Assembly: GCA_012295275.1 (NCBI GenBank)
Contig: CM022678.1
Location: forward strand, 19,468,001-19,532,000
Length of the DNA: 64,000 nt
Direction of reading: 5' to 3'
From: Chrysomallon squamiferum
Lineage: Eukaryota; Animalia; Mollusca
Within the stretch, counting starts at the first letter, position 1; every line of letters starts with the position of its first letter. Positions 41,407-58,491 of the stretch are shown here, one piece after another. Under the pieces are notes generated by a model that did not search any database, was not told the origin of the DNA, and worked only from the letters and a program-made list of their open reading frames with translations. The translations under genes and the position numbers were made by a program.

Positions 41407-41998
41407 ATTAATAATTAACCCATAACGATTAATATCGGTTCTTTGCGGAACTTAGACGTATAGAATAACTGTGAAAACATTTTGCAGCGTTTATTACACA
41501 TTTGTATGAATAATATATCGTTAATCAATCCATATTTTAACCTTTAACGCAGAAATCATACTCGTAGATAACGTCTGCTATAAAGTCATCAAAAAAAATC
41601 GATTTAAGAGAGATATTTTTGTTTGTAAACTAATTCGTTAATAGCTCCTCACTGGAGTACTAAGAGTTAATAGCCTTTATTTCGCATTAATATAAACGAT
41701 CTCTGGAAACGCATTAATAAAACCATCAAAAGATGAATCTAATAAAGAAATAAAATAACATAATCAACTAAAATAAAATAAAAAAATATACATTTTATTA
41801 AAGTTAGTTTCGTATTTAAATAAAATATTTTTATTTGATTAAGGTAACGATGATATTTTAACACTTTTTTTTTTTTTCTTTTTTTTTAAGAGAATATTCT
41901 GTTTAAAGAAAAAGCAGATTTTTAAAAATATTTCTGTCATTTAAAGAGGATGTACTATCAAAATTAATTTATTTTTTTTATTAAAACTAACTTTGTGC

Positions 41999-42037
<39 letters not shown>

Positions 42038-42563
42038 ATAAATAATAATAATGATTAGACACACTAATAGTTGAAATGTTCCCTTGTCATAAAACGCAGA
42101 GGATTTAATCAAATTATATTTTAAAACTGATCGTTCGTGTCTCGTTTATTTTTATTTTTATTTTATTTTATTTTTTTCTTATTCGCGACGCTTGTCTATT
42201 TCTTTTCTTTTTAATCTTTACCATGAAACACAATTTTTATTCCAGACAAAAAAAAAAAAAAATCCCTTACAAAAAACCATGACCTAATTCTTAAATAACA
42301 GTCTGCGTCTGTGAAGCAAATCTTTAGTTTTCGTTTCTTCCTTGTTAATTAAAGTGCAAGGTTGACAAAATGCGGGCAGCATGATTTTTTAAATTAAAAA
42401 AAAAAGAAAAGAAAAAAGATCTTTAATCTACAATGGTGAGTCCTTGGATCTTTAAAGAGAAGTTTAAACATTTAAGATCGAGTTAAAAATTCACGTCTTT
42501 ATTATCATCACTTTAAATTATTATCAACAAACACAAAAAACACTTTAACAATATTTATTTGTT

Positions 42564-42654
<91 letters not shown>

Positions 42655-42680
42655 ATATATATATACATATATGTGTGTGT

Positions 42681-42752
<72 letters not shown>

Positions 42753-43068
42753 CATTCTGTCTATCTCTGTCACATACGCATTGTTTTTGGTATTTTACCT
42801 GTTTATTTTATTTTATTTCATTATTATTTTATCTTTCTACATAATGGATTGGTTAATAGTTGAGGCACCTGAATCAAATATTTGTAATGCAGAACAAAAT
42901 GTTTGTTCAAACGATAAACCACAAGCAATACATCACACATACCACGACATCTGAAAACAGAAATTAAATGTGTTTCTTTTTCTCTGCTAATATTTCAATT
43001 CGAAGGTGAAAGTGAAAGAACGATGACTCGAAGGAAATTTCCACTGATAAACGACCTTCACCAGGAAA

Positions 43069-43310
43069 AGTCAAGTGACGTAATAAGACTGAAACACAAA
43101 TATGGAATATTTTAATACTTTGCAATATTTTTTCCTTAAATGACGTATAAATTCAAATGAGGTGATAACACTGTAACAGAAATATGGAATATTTTAATAC
43201 TTTGTAGTATTATTGCTTTAAATGACGTAGGAATTCAAATGACGTGATAAGATTGTATCAGAAATATGGAATATCTTGATGCATTGCAATGTTATTACGA
43301 TAAATGACAC
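43069..43310 (+). repeat. Three 82-bp degenerate tandem units
   Basis: TATGGAATAT at 43101, 43183 and 43265; the units carry TGACGT motifs. Confidence 0.88.
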
Positions 43311-44482
43311 AAAAAAGAGAGCAAATTCTAACATAATAATTCCATGATCATCATACAGCTTAAACAATTCATAGCTGAAATCAGTCTAGAAAAATTCGTT
43401 TGTATAAACGGACAGATAAATTAAAACTGAAAATATTTCATTTGTGTTACAAGATGAATAAAGTAAAACTGTAAAATTTATATTTGTGTAATACATTGTT
43501 AATCTTAAAATAAATAAATAAATTCTAACACAGTAATACATATATATATTTGTTGTAGGTTTATCATGGAATTACTCTGTTAGAATTTTATCTATAATAT
43601 CCGTTATATTATCGCAATAACACATTAAAAATTCATTATTTATACATCAGTACATAATCATTAAAAACACATTTATATCAATGGTATTAATTTTCTTCGT
43701 GATAAAAAACATGATTACATTAGTATACATTCTTAATAGAAAAAAATACATGATGAAACCTACATCATTATTTTCCTTAATTTTTATTACGTCTGTAATA
43801 TTTTATAAATACAACTTCATGTGATCGATTTAGTTTTATAAAAATATAATAATAAAATAAAATGACAAAATAAAAATCTCACCTGGTTTTGAGTAAATTC
43901 TGCACGATTTTCTTTCTCTCTGTGTGTGTGTGTGTGTGTAAATATATATATATATATATATTACACATAGAGAGAAAAGAGAAAGAGATAAATGGATGGA
44001 TAGGTAGGTAGGTAGGTAGACAGACAGACAGACAGACAGATAAAGAGAGACGTCTTTTTCTTTTCATTAAATACACTGAAGAACTAGACCAAAAAATATT
44101 AATAAAAATTTGTTTTTTTCTCTCTTATTTTTCTCTCTGTGTGTGTGTTTTTTTTTTTCACTCATTTTCTGTGAACTTTCAAATCGTCCACTCGTTTCAA
44201 TACACCAGAGAATTCTTGTGACGAACTCGACATACGAAATAAACATGCTGTTTTCGAGAAACCCGTTAAATGAAGCTTTGCAGTTAACTTAATTAACTTG
44301 CTAATTGTGAAAATTTATCACTTACAAGTTCACCGACTCCGTGTCAGAGGTGACAAGACAGAATGCACGTAAACTGAAGTTGACTGCGGTACACGCCACG
44401 CCCAGGACCCCCTGTCTAATTAGCTTTTAACAAAATCATCAAACAAATCTACAGGTGCTCAGTTGTTATTGTCTTAAAACGT

Positions 44483-44569
<87 letters not shown>

Positions 44570-44796
44570 TTCATGTTAATCCGTACGATGTCTCTTTTCG
44601 CCCATATATATATCCTCTGTTTCCGAATCTATATATCTATCTGTCTGTTAACTAACATCTAGTTTTTCAGTCTACCATTCTAGCAGTCTAAGTACGTTCG
44701 AAACTACCTAATCTATCTGGCTATTTCTCTCTAACTCTCTCTGTCTATCTCTGTCTATCTCTCTTTCTCTCCTTCTACCTCTTTATATCTCTCTTT

Positions 44797-44832
<36 letters not shown>

Positions 44833-44993
44833 GTGTTTTCACAGTCTCAGTTTGGAAAACAATGTTTACGTTATTCTGTTGAAGACACAAAGATAATTAC
44901 ATTTGCTTTATAATTTACGGTAATTTACAAATTTGATTACAACGTTATAGCGAAAGAATTTACTTGTAAACAAAAACATATGGAAAGGGAAAC

Positions 44994-45080
<87 letters not shown>

Positions 45081-45959
45081 AAAAATAATAATAAAGGAAG
45101 CAGAAGAAAGAATAAGATACGTATAATAAGTCGGGCAAATTGACAGAGAGGTAGAAAAAAAGAAGAAATAGTTAAATTAGAAATATAGCAATAATAATCA
45201 ACTTTACCATCGTCAGAGATAAAATAATAAATTTTTAAACTTCGGTTCAAAGCGTGCAAGAAAAGTGGAAGAAATAACAAAATGAAAAAAAAAACCCAAA
45301 ACCAGTCCGCTTTCGTCTTTTTCGCAAAATACTTGATAAATAAGAGGAGAGAATGAATTGAAAAGCAATGCACCAAGATGTCTGGTGAACCTAGATACGT
45401 CAAAACTAAAAATCATTTGGAATAAAAAGGCAGTTTAGAAACACTTAATAAAATTCCTAAACTTTTTTTTTTTTTTTTTTTTTTTGTCCTTTTTCATTTC
45501 TTTAGCTTATTTCGTTTAATACACATAATCTTACAGATATCACTTTCGAGTTGAAAGATGTAATTCTTTGTTTTATATCTCTGTGAGTTAATTAGATGAG
45601 TAAGTTTTATTTCACAGTTAAATATTGTTTAAAAAAAAAAAAAAAAAAAATGAACTACCCACCGAGTTTATCTTTACACTCGCTGTTTGCTGTCGCCAGG
45701 TACAGCTTGTCTTTCATCTGTTCATTAAGTTTAAACTTTTCTTTCTCTTTCTTTCATTAAGTCAACATTTATTTATGTTGTTTTTTTCGGTTTCTAATGG
45801 GTCTGATTTTCACAAGTGTTTCGTCGTATTCGTCCATGAGAATTCCTATGAGATAAATACTTAAGGAAGAAAGAAAGAAAGAAAGATAGGAGAGAAATAA
45901 AGAACAAGAGGGACAGAGAGGGGTTCTGGAAGAGAGAGAGGTAGAGGGGAGTGAGAGAC

Positions 45960-46254
<295 letters not shown>

Positions 46255-46655
46255 CATCGAATGACACAAGAAAAAGGTCACACGAGAGAGAGTGTCACAA
46301 AGACAGGAAAGAAAAAAACCTCATTAATATCAGAATTTCTAGTCACTTTAGTCACTGTACAATAACACAAAACTGCTAACACAACACAAAGCATTTAACA
46401 CTTGCGTCGTCGAATGATTCAATAATTTTCACAGCTAGCGGTCTCCTGTTATTACGTATATTGCCTAATATTATTACACTTTATTCTCCCTCGAACAAAC
46501 CGACGACGTTGGAGACGTGAGGCACGTCAACACGTTTTTACGAACACATTATTATCTTCCAAATGACAGCAGATGTTGCGCAAAGTAATATCAAACGAAA
46601 TACGTGGTCTTGTCTCCGCATTTTCCAACCAGTATATTTCATAAGTAACAAACCT

Positions 46656-46761
<106 letters not shown>

Positions 46762-47140
46762 TTAGTAATACTGTATTGGTTTATTCTAATCGAAAACGAA
46801 AATTGATAGTCTATTATGTTATCCGTTTGCAAGTATCCCAATTTACTCCAAAAAATCTCATTTCCTTCTTGCACAATAAAGCAGAGCCGTGTATCTACAA
46901 ACGACAGTGCCTGAATGACCCCTCGTTGACAATCTTTGTTCCAAGCAGCAGGCTTCCATTTACAGAACTGAAGTGCAACTTATCTCATTCTGCTAAAATG
47001 TTATCGATTATCTGGGCCTTTCGTTTGAGTTTCTGTAGATGACGGAAAAGCCGCGTTTGATCAAACTGTTGTATTCGTAAAAATTGGCTGTATATATATT
47101 TATTTATTTTTTTGAGTAAGAATAGGAATGAGACGGGGGG

Positions 47141-47218
<78 letters not shown>

Positions 47219-47235
47219 TACATACACACACATAT

Positions 47236-47305
<70 letters not shown>

Positions 47306-47534
47306 ATAACAGACACCTACATACACACATATATAAAGAGAAAACAGTAGAGAGGAGAGATAGATAGACAGGCAGAGAGGGAGAGAAAGAAGGAGGGAGA
47401 TAAAGATATAGAAAGAAAAATAAATAAAAGTTTGAAAGAAACAAAGCTAAAACAGAATTTAAAAGAAATCATGGAAGGAACAAAAACGAAAACGAAAGAT
47501 ATTAATAACAGATGGGACGGTCATAAAAAAATAA

Positions 47535-47569
<35 letters not shown>

Positions 47570-48312
47570 AATGAGAGGAAACGAAATATTAAAGAAGAAA
47601 AAAAGATTACAAAGATATCTAATCGTTGAAATTTGAAATACGATTGCGCCTAGCAGCAAAGTTATAAATTCTTGGAAAAAGAAAAAAAAAAATCAAATCT
47701 GGAGAATGTAAAAGAAGAAAATAATGAACCACGATGAGAGAACGATAATCCAGTGCAAGAAGAAGAAACACAAGTAAAATTAAAATCAAAGTAATGAAAT
47801 GCGTTCTGCACTCAGCTGACCAGCACCGGCGTTAAGCGCGAAAAGTTCAGCATCATAGGTCGCGTGCTTTGCAGTGACAATAGTCTGTTTTGAAATAAAG
47901 ACGTCACACTTTGTCAAAAGCGAGTTTGAGTCGTTTAACTAACATATAATATCTACTGGTGTACTTTTTATTTTTTTTTTTTTTTTTATTTGTTTTTTTG
48001 GTAAATAATACTTACATAAATACAAATATATATGTATTCATCTTTCTATCTTTCCGTCTCTATCTGTCTATCTATCTATATATTAGGATATCTATATATA
48101 TTTTCAAATAAAATGTTTATTAAACACCTATACACATACAGACACACAGACATACACACACACACACACACACACATATATCCAATGCTAATACGTGATC
48201 ACTCTTAATCAAGACATTATTAAAATGTGTAGTCAGATATGTATTCCTTCATTTTATCTGTTCATTAATTTATTCTTCTTTACTTTCTTTCTTTCTTTCT
48301 TTTTGTTTTTAG

Positions 48313-48359
<47 letters not shown>

Positions 48360-49792
48360 TTATTATTGTTGTTGTTGTTGTTGTTGTTTTATAAACAGTA
48401 GTTCTGGTTTTCCTTTTTATTACTTTTCTTTTTATTTATTTTTTCATTGATTTTATTCATTTTATTTTCACTGTGTAATAAAATAGCTAATTTAATTTTA
48501 CACTATCTCTGATTCTAGTTATTTTTATTTCTTAATAAAACAACCACTAAGATTTCCGTGATGAAATACTACAGAATTGCTTGCATCAGTCTTTTTTCTC
48601 TTCGACTTCTTTTAATGGGAGGGGGGGGGGGGGCGGTATGGGCGTAGCAGTCTCTAATTAACTGAGGATATGCGTAAACTTAGACATAACTGGCAGGAAG
48701 TGGAATTTCCCAGAATGCCCATTTTTCTTTATATCCCGTTCAAACCAGTACTCAGACGAGTGGTTTATGAAAACAGTTCTCAGATTTTTCTTTCCTGTTT
48801 ATGGGAAGAACACATACATTATATGTTAAAGCTAATCGATAACAGTAAGACGTGCATTTAATAAATAAAATAAAACAAAATAAACAAATAAATAAATATG
48901 AAACCTTTATCGATTTCTTCAGTGTATTTATTGTTTCATTAAACAAAAATTATTTTCATTTGACGTTTAAGTTTATATTTTGGTTGGATCTATGCATTAT
49001 GTGCGCGGGTGCATATATGTGTGTCTGTGTGTCTGTATATGTGTAAGTATGTATGTATTTCTGTGATGTCTGTATTTATGTGTTTGCTGAAGTATGTATG
49101 TATTTCTGTGTTTGCGAATCTATGTGTATTTATTCGTGTACGTGTGTATATATGTGTGCGTGTGTATATGTATGTATGTATGTATGTGTGTGTGTGCTTT
49201 CTAGTTTTATATGTGTATGTGTGTGTTTGTTTTTCAGTTTGTTTGTTTTGGGTGTATAAATATTTTTCTTATCATTTTCTAAAAAAAAAAATATTTTACT
49301 GCATTCCATTTATTTAAGAAAAAAAAAAACAAGCAGTGAATTATTACTTTAATCTTACTGATTTCACTGAACAGCTCCGCAGTTCTCAAATTGGTTTTAT
49401 ACCCCAAAGATAATCTCTATACTCAATTCATAGAAGAAAAAAAAAAACACCTAAAAATTATTTTATTCCCCTGATTTATTGATGCATTTCTTTACGACTT
49501 CTGTTTTACTATGATAATAATAACAGAAAAAAAAAAAAAAAAAAAAAAAGTAAAGCGCACATATAGTGCATTCAGTCAAATTCATTTCACAGATGTGACC
49601 ATATTCAACGAAAGGTACCTGACGTTACCGATTTCTGTGACTTAATTTATTTTTGAAAAATGGTGTCACCAATCATTTTTTCTTCTTCTATTTTTACTAT
49701 TTTAGTTTACGTTATGACCTTTCTAGAGCCGATAGGTAGGTACGTATCTGTTAGTAAGATACATAGGTATGTATTAGGTTGGTAGACAAACG

Positions 49793-50150
<358 letters not shown>

Positions 50151-50586
50151 GAGAGGCAGAATGATAGAAAATTAACTAACTAAAGAATAAAAGAAAGAAT
50201 GAAAGAAAGAAAGAAAGAAAGAAAGGAAAAAAGAACCACTGAAACGAAACCTGCTTTTACCAAGTTACAAAGTAAAGAGTTGCCGCGTTTCACTTAACTA
50301 TTAAATCACTTTATTAGTTTTATTGCGCCCAGTGCTTCAAAATGCTGCATTAAAAAACAAACGTTGTTTCGCGTCTAACCACGGAGCCAGTTCCTTCAAA
50401 ATCAACAGCTGTAATGAAATGAGATCAATGCTTTTCACGGTTTGCTGATTTCTTCAAATTAACGTTTGTTTACTGGTAACTGACGATTTCGTTTTCCTGT
50501 GCCAGGTAGGATTTCACTGAGAAATGGTTGAATGAATCGCATTATCTCATTAGGTTTGCAAAAAAAAATATATATTTGATTTGATT

Positions 50587-50618
<32 letters not shown>

Positions 50619-50784
50619 TTATTTTTTTATTTAATTATGTTTGTATTTATTTATTTACAAATAAACGTGTAGTTAAGGATGAGTGTTCCATCCACTTCGT
50701 TTAATTTTGTTATTAAACTGTAGTATGAATACACAAACCCATACATACACACAAACATACACACACACATTTATACATGTATAA

Positions 50785-50817
<33 letters not shown>

Positions 50818-51712
50818 CACACACACACACATACACACACACACACACAAACATACATACTTGTAGTGTTTTTCCGGTTGCTTTGATCTTAATGACCAAT
50901 TAAGCATGTGACTACCGCTAGAGAGGTTTTTCTTGTTAAATGTACTTCTCATGATCCAATTAAACGTTTAATTTCTAATTTTATTTCTGTTTTGAAGTGT
51001 GCGGATCACGTTCAAGCTGGTTTCTGATTTAGCTTTGTCTTAAACAGAAGCTGAGTTATTCGTACCAAACAGACTATAAATATAGCTGGTGAATTTCCAA
51101 ACGATCGTGTTCTTGTTTATGGCGAATTTTTTCTTTCTTTTCTCTCCTTTTTTTTTTTTTTTTTTTCTTGTTATACCCACACAGTTGCTGATAGATACTT
51201 GAAATACTTTTTACATACCTACAACAGATTGTTATATATTTTTCACACACTTACCTCTTATATATCTGAAAATCTCATCTGTACTTTTCAAGTACATTCT
51301 TGTAGAAATGCAGATACAGTATTTTCTTATAGCAGTACTGAAACATTCTGTCACGGGATAAAAATTAACTGTACACCTGCTTGTAAAAAAATAATAACAA
51401 CGGTTTTTCTTTTTCGCCTGAGCCTTTTTTTAGTCCTGCATTAGTTAGAAAACAAACAAATGGTGCATTAGCGTATGTCGTTCTCTCAGTTCTAAGTACA
51501 TGCGTTAGAGGCTCCACAAATGATACATTTATTTTTCTCTCAGACTAATGTGTCTCATGTTGATGTTTTCGCCAGCCAGTGCACAGCATTTCGTACAGTG
51601 TAAGAACTGCAAACCCTTCAAAGCAAGAAGCAAATTAATGCTTTTTTGTTTTTTTTTTTTGTTGTTATATATTTATTATTCAGAAAAGCGGTGACGCATT
51701 AATTCCAGAATA

Positions 51713-51816
<104 letters not shown>

Positions 51817-52653
51817 CTCTTTTTCTCTCTTTATGAAGAGCTGTTACGTAAACTGGTATAATAAATAGAAATAAAAACAACAATAATAACAATAGCAGTA
51901 GTAATATGCCAGTAACGATATCAAAACAACAATAACACTACTACTTCTACTATTACTACTACTACTACTACTACTACAACCACTACTACTACCACTACAA
52001 CTAATAATAATGATAATAATAATAATAATCATGAAGAAGATGATGAAATTACATATTTAGTCTGTTGTCGGTTCGGTACGCACTAAGCTTCAAACAAACA
52101 TTACAAATAGTTACGTTGATATCGCACTAACCTGAAGATCAAGGACACTGCGAATTGAAACCATTTAATCACTAAATTACCGCTCAGAGCATTCAACAGC
52201 TCATGAATATTCATAAACACAAGATTGACATATCCTCGAGGTTTCGAAGGTTCGTATCGCGGAAATAGGTCAAACTTTTGTGACGTTATCTCTTTTGTTG
52301 GGCGCATTCATTGAATGTCAATCTTCGGGTCTGTTGTTGTCGTTGTTGTCGTTGTCGACGTTGTTTACATGGTTTGTGCTTCTTTGTTTATTATTTTTGT
52401 TCATTAACATTCATTTGTGCTTGGGCTTTTTTGGTGTGTTTTTCTTGTTTTTCTTGTTGTTGTTTATTGTTGTTTTCTTGGTGGTTTTTATTATTGTTAT
52501 TTATTATTTAGTTATGCATTTTTAGTGACTATATATATATTTTTGTTTTTATATTTCTTTGCTTTATTATGATAATTTCTTTCTGTTTTTTCTTAGTTAA
52601 TTTCTTGTTGTTCTTCTGTTGTTGTTGTTGTTTTCTTTATTCCTCTTTCTTTC

Positions 52654-52746
<93 letters not shown>

Positions 52747-53482
52747 TGAAACTACTGTTTCGACAATAACGTTTGATAAAATATTTCATTCACCTATATC
52801 CAAAATTTGGCAAGTACTTCAGAAATTTGAAAGAAAAGATCAAAACAAATATTTTAATTAGAAAATTATTACTCGTTCCAGATACTGAAAGTATCAAGAG
52901 GTTTCTTTTGATATATATATATATATATATATATTTCGTATATATTGAAGAACTTTAATATTTTAAAACAAGATTAAATAAATAAATGAACGAAATTAAA
53001 TAAAATAAAAACCCCTTATAAATGATCGATAATAACATTTCCTCAAATAATATCACTACTTCACGAAAGAGTCAATTTTCTAATTCAAAATTTCTCCGAT
53101 TAAATTTCTTTTAATATCCGATATCAGATTCTGCTTTCCTTTGAATATTAACTATATTAACAGTCGTAAACAACTTGTCAGTTTAAGAAGATTCCGAAAT
53201 CGATATCAACCCGGGGAAAAAAAAAAAAAAAAACAGTCAGAAACTGAAACTAATTGGAAGTAGATATACGTTTGTAGGTTCGATTCGAAAGTATCTAAAA
53301 TTGTGCAGCTGTCACTTAAAGAATAGAAAATAGGAAGGTCGTTAGATCAATTCCTGGTTCTGCTAACAATATTTACATGCAGCGCTTCGATTTTTCTGTG
53401 TTTTACTTGGGAAAAACGGTAAATGAAAAACTGGTAAATAATTGTTCGTTTTGTAGGTAATTACTGTTTGAGGCTGAGAGGG

Positions 53483-53639
<157 letters not shown>

Positions 53640-53885
53640 TGAATGCTACTATAAAGGACAGAGGAATATTAATTAATTTTAAATTTTGTTTTCGCTTTCT
53701 TCTTCTTTGCTTTCTGTGGTTTATCTCATTTCAGTTTTTATTTATTTATTAATTAATTAAAATTCCTTGTCTTCTTGGTTTTAAATCACTGAGAATATTA
53801 AAATAAATCATGGGAAAAACAGTAACAAAATAAAAAATGTATAACAAACACAAAGAACCCAAAATATATATCTATGAATCTATAG

Positions 53886-53929
<44 letters not shown>

Positions 53930-55146
53930 ATCTATATATATATAATATGTGTATGTGTATATGTATGTATGTATGTATGTACGTATGTATGGTATGTATG
54001 GTATGTATGTATATAGATACAGATATATATCAGGATCAAACGGAACAAAAAGGAAGACGTAACTAGTTGTAAGAAAACAATTACAAATAACTAACCACTG
54101 ACGTATCGCACACGCAAGAGATCTTGTATATCAGTCTGCTGGATGAGAAATGACAAAAGCAGTGATAGTTGTTTTGTGTTTTTTGAATACACCCGCCACA
54201 TTAAGCGATCCATCTCACTTAAAATAAGACATTAATTTACCTCTAACTTCTCCTGTAATCACCTTTAAAGTGGCAACACTGGCAGGATTTCTGCTGAACG
54301 TTTTAAAGGGAGTCAGTCGCTAACGTTACGCATACCACGAGATATTCACGAGGTTTTCTGTCTGATAGTGCGCAGTAAAACGTGCAAAGACTCGTTCATA
54401 TAAGCATGTGAATGTATATATATATATATATATATATATACATTTTTTTTTTTTTTTTTAAAGAAAGTCATTTACTATTGTTTGAAAACGATATAGGCCA
54501 TACTAGTTGTCAATTATCCTTATATCACAAAATAAATGAATTTAAAAATACGGATTCCCACAGGCAAATGTTTGAGGAAACGTAAAGTAAGAACGATTCT
54601 AGTTTGTGAATAATAAAAACAACGTCTTGATACATCAATGACGATCTTTAACCAACCAAACAAATAAACAAATATATCCTTCTCGTAATAGAAAAATCGC
54701 AGTTCCAGTGAAAAACTGTTATGTGTCGGTGTCTTTGTTCGTATGCGTTTGCATGTATGTGTGTACATGCGTGTGCGCGCGTACGCATGTGTGTAATTTT
54801 TTTGCAGGCAGTTGCTCAATTATGTTCCGATTAGAAACACAGATTGTTTGTGTGTTTTGGTTTTTTTTTGTTTTTTTTTCGTATTTCTGATGTTTTCGAA
54901 AATTTTCTTTTAACTGTCGTTAAAAACAAATCAATCGATTTATCCAAATTTGTAGTTTAGCTCAAATTAGACAGAGGCGTATCTCTGTATGTTTAACGAT
55001 ACATAATTACATCTAACGAACAAAGGAAGAACAGGACATCTACTGGATTACATATCTGACGTTTTCTTTGTTTTCTTTTCTGTGGTGACATTTAAAATTA
55101 TCTGTTTCTTTATCTACTCTTTCTACACATCTACCAACCCCTCCCT

Positions 55147-55247
<101 letters not shown>

Positions 55248-56205
55248 CCATTATAGACGTTAGGCTAGCGTTCATATCAGGTTGGTATGTAGTGATATAA
55301 TTAGTGCTAACTAACACGCTTTTGAACAGAGACTATTTTCCGTAATCACGTAAACCTTTCCAAACTAGAAAAAAAAGATTACAGAACATTATACAACTGT
55401 CCTCGAAAGTTTTCCTCAATAAAATAAACCTCACCAAATTTCAGTTATCCCTAGTTCTCCTAAAAACGTGATCAGCGACAAATAAACAGATATCTCAAAC
55501 TGACTAATTCTGTGGTGGTGCTCTTCCGTTCTGTGAGGAAATACTTCCACCAGCAAACTGAATATTAAAAACGATTGCGGTGCTCTTGAAAACTGTGAGG
55601 AAATTTTCTTCACACACAAACTCATTATGAAAACCATAGCCGCAGAAGGCAACAAAACGGTCATTAGACAGCTGCAGATAAATACAAACTGCGCACCGTT
55701 CTCGGAGACCAGAATAAATGTCAGCTAAGTCATAACAGAGGACGACAAAAATAAATCTTTGCGATTATGGCGCCGTTCTGGACCACAAAAGTCAGTGTAA
55801 ATCAGAAAAAAAAAAATAATAATTACATTTAAGAACAAAGACATATACAACAATATTCAGTTACGTGTAGCAGAATGTTCGTGTCTTCACTCGAGTTCAA
55901 ACAGAAATATATGAACTGATTAAACTGCACTTGGATTATTTTGTTTAAAGTCTTCGTTTTAATCAGGTGAATGTTTTGGTGTATTGCAGTGAAACGGTGA
56001 TCATCGTTAGTGACGTCATCATCATGATTATCATTGTCATAGTCATAATTATCATCATAAACACGATTATTAAAAATGATAATTATCATCATTATCATTA
56101 TCATCGTTACAATTAGTTATCATCATCATTATAATAATGATGCCAAGAGGCAGATCAATGAATATTAACTAGCTGACTTTTGCAAATAAATATTTTAGCT
56201 AATCG

Positions 56206-56297
<92 letters not shown>

Positions 56298-56557
56298 ACT
56301 CTCTTTTTTTTTAAATCAGTATATATATATATATATATTCTTTTTTACGTACGAAGTCTGTAGAGTTCTATCAATGCATACACTAACACATGGCTTTTCG
56401 GGCCATTAACTAACATGCAGAAGATTCAGCAGGTGCCTACCATGCACAGACACCCACTCGAACAATTGTACTGTGATGACGTAATATTTATAGAGGTCTG
56501 TGTCTGGCTGCCTGTTTACCTCTACCTCCGTGTGTGTGTTTATCTAGATACGTGTAT

Positions 56558-56778
<221 letters not shown>

Positions 56779-57472
56779 TTCATATAAAGATACAAAAAGA
56801 GGTAAGCAGACAGACACAGACCTCAATAAATATTCATCACAGTACATACATCTTATATTTCTCTGCCTGGTCTCTGTGTCCATCTCTCTATCTCTCCGTC
56901 TGTGTGTCTACCAATTCTATTCTAAGAAAGAGAATATATTCTGCTATTTAATTCTGTTGTTAATTCTGTTGTGTCATTCTGACAAAACAAATCTTCTATG
57001 ATATCTTTTGAGATATCCTTGTGGGTCTACGTTAGTTATTACTTCGTTTTAATCACTTAATGTAAACATTATTATGTTATTTCGTATCAGTCGGAATGAT
57101 GCCTGGATGAGTGGTGTACCTCGTGATTACTTTCAACAAGACATGGCTTTACTTACACAGTGTATGTGAGTCATTATCCATATCACTGACAAAACAAATA
57201 ATAAAAACACAACCTTCCAGCTTTTTATAATCTAGTTATTCAAATTTAAAACAGTTTTTGCTTACAATGTGACTGTTTTCATAAACGCAAATAAAAATAC
57301 TTATTTTAACATTAGAAAAGAGCATAGTGATCAAAGACAAAACTATTTCTGCTATTGAACATTGAAGTAAATTTCCCCGTCGTGAACAACTTGTATTTAA
57401 GTAAAAAGTTTTTGCATCTCATTTGAATAAACGCAAATAAAAAAATACTGGTTGAACTATTTTTTTCTTTTC

Positions 57473-57605
57473 TCCACTGGGTGATGTTTTTTCTCACAGT
57501 CTGTTTTGTTAATTAGAATAAACGTATCTTAATTGTAAAATTCCACTGGGTGATTTTTGTCTGCTTCAGTCTGCAAGTTAAATGTATAAACGTATCTTAA
57601 TTGTG
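57473..57605 (+). repeat. ~69-bp tandem duplication
   Basis: TCCACTGGGTGAT...CAGTCTG...GTTAA...ATAAACGTATCTTAATTGT occurs twice. Confidence 0.8.
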
Positions 57606-57635
57606 TGTGTGCGTGATTTTGTGCCTCTTGTGTGT

Positions 57636-57712
<77 letters not shown>

Positions 57713-57877
57713 CGCACTCGGTCATCTGTGAGTGAGCAAATGAAGAGAAAGTAAAGGATTGAAAGATATGTTAATGGAGTTACAGAAGGAAAGAAATGAA
57801 ATAATATGAAATACAGACAAACAGACAAACAGGTGCATGGATGAATTGATGTATAAACTGTGTGTGTGTGTGTTTTT

Positions 57878-58002
<125 letters not shown>

Positions 58003-58471
58003 CGAGTGAGAGAGAAGAGAATAGTTAAGAATGAAACAGAGACACAGAGAGGTGGATTGACGAGGTAAAACATTTTTTTTTTTTCAAAACGCTGCAGACA
58101 CATTTAACTGATGAACAACTAACTGTCAGCGTCCGATTGGTCAACTGACTGAAACAGCTCCTATCACCGTAAGTGACGGAAACGATTTTGCAGTTTTGTC
58201 TGCTGAAATCTGATTGGTCGAACGTCCGGTCTCGACAGCTACGTGCTTGAAAATGTCAGACAGACACCAGTAATTGGTGTTGTCGTTTACCCGTGTGAAA
58301 CGTCGTCGATGCTGACGTGAAATATCATGCCACTTTTTTTTTTTTTTTTTTTTCTCTTTCTCTCTCGTCGAGTATGAAGGCGATTTAGACTAGAGTTAAT
58401 TAAATTACTTTGGCTCTAAGATCGTCCTGTTGGTAGAAAACGTTTCTGAGGCAGACAGCGCGACCCGCTAG

Positions 58472-58491
58472 AGGTCAAAGTTCAAAGGTCA
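58472..58491 (+). promoter_or_regulatory. Triple nuclear-receptor half-site array (DR1-DR1)
   Basis: AGGTCA-A-AGTTCA-A-AGGTCA. Confidence 0.45.

Noticed and set aside
41537-41670. TTAA-bounded piggyBac-like mini element
   Set aside because: Terminal inverted similarity too weak.
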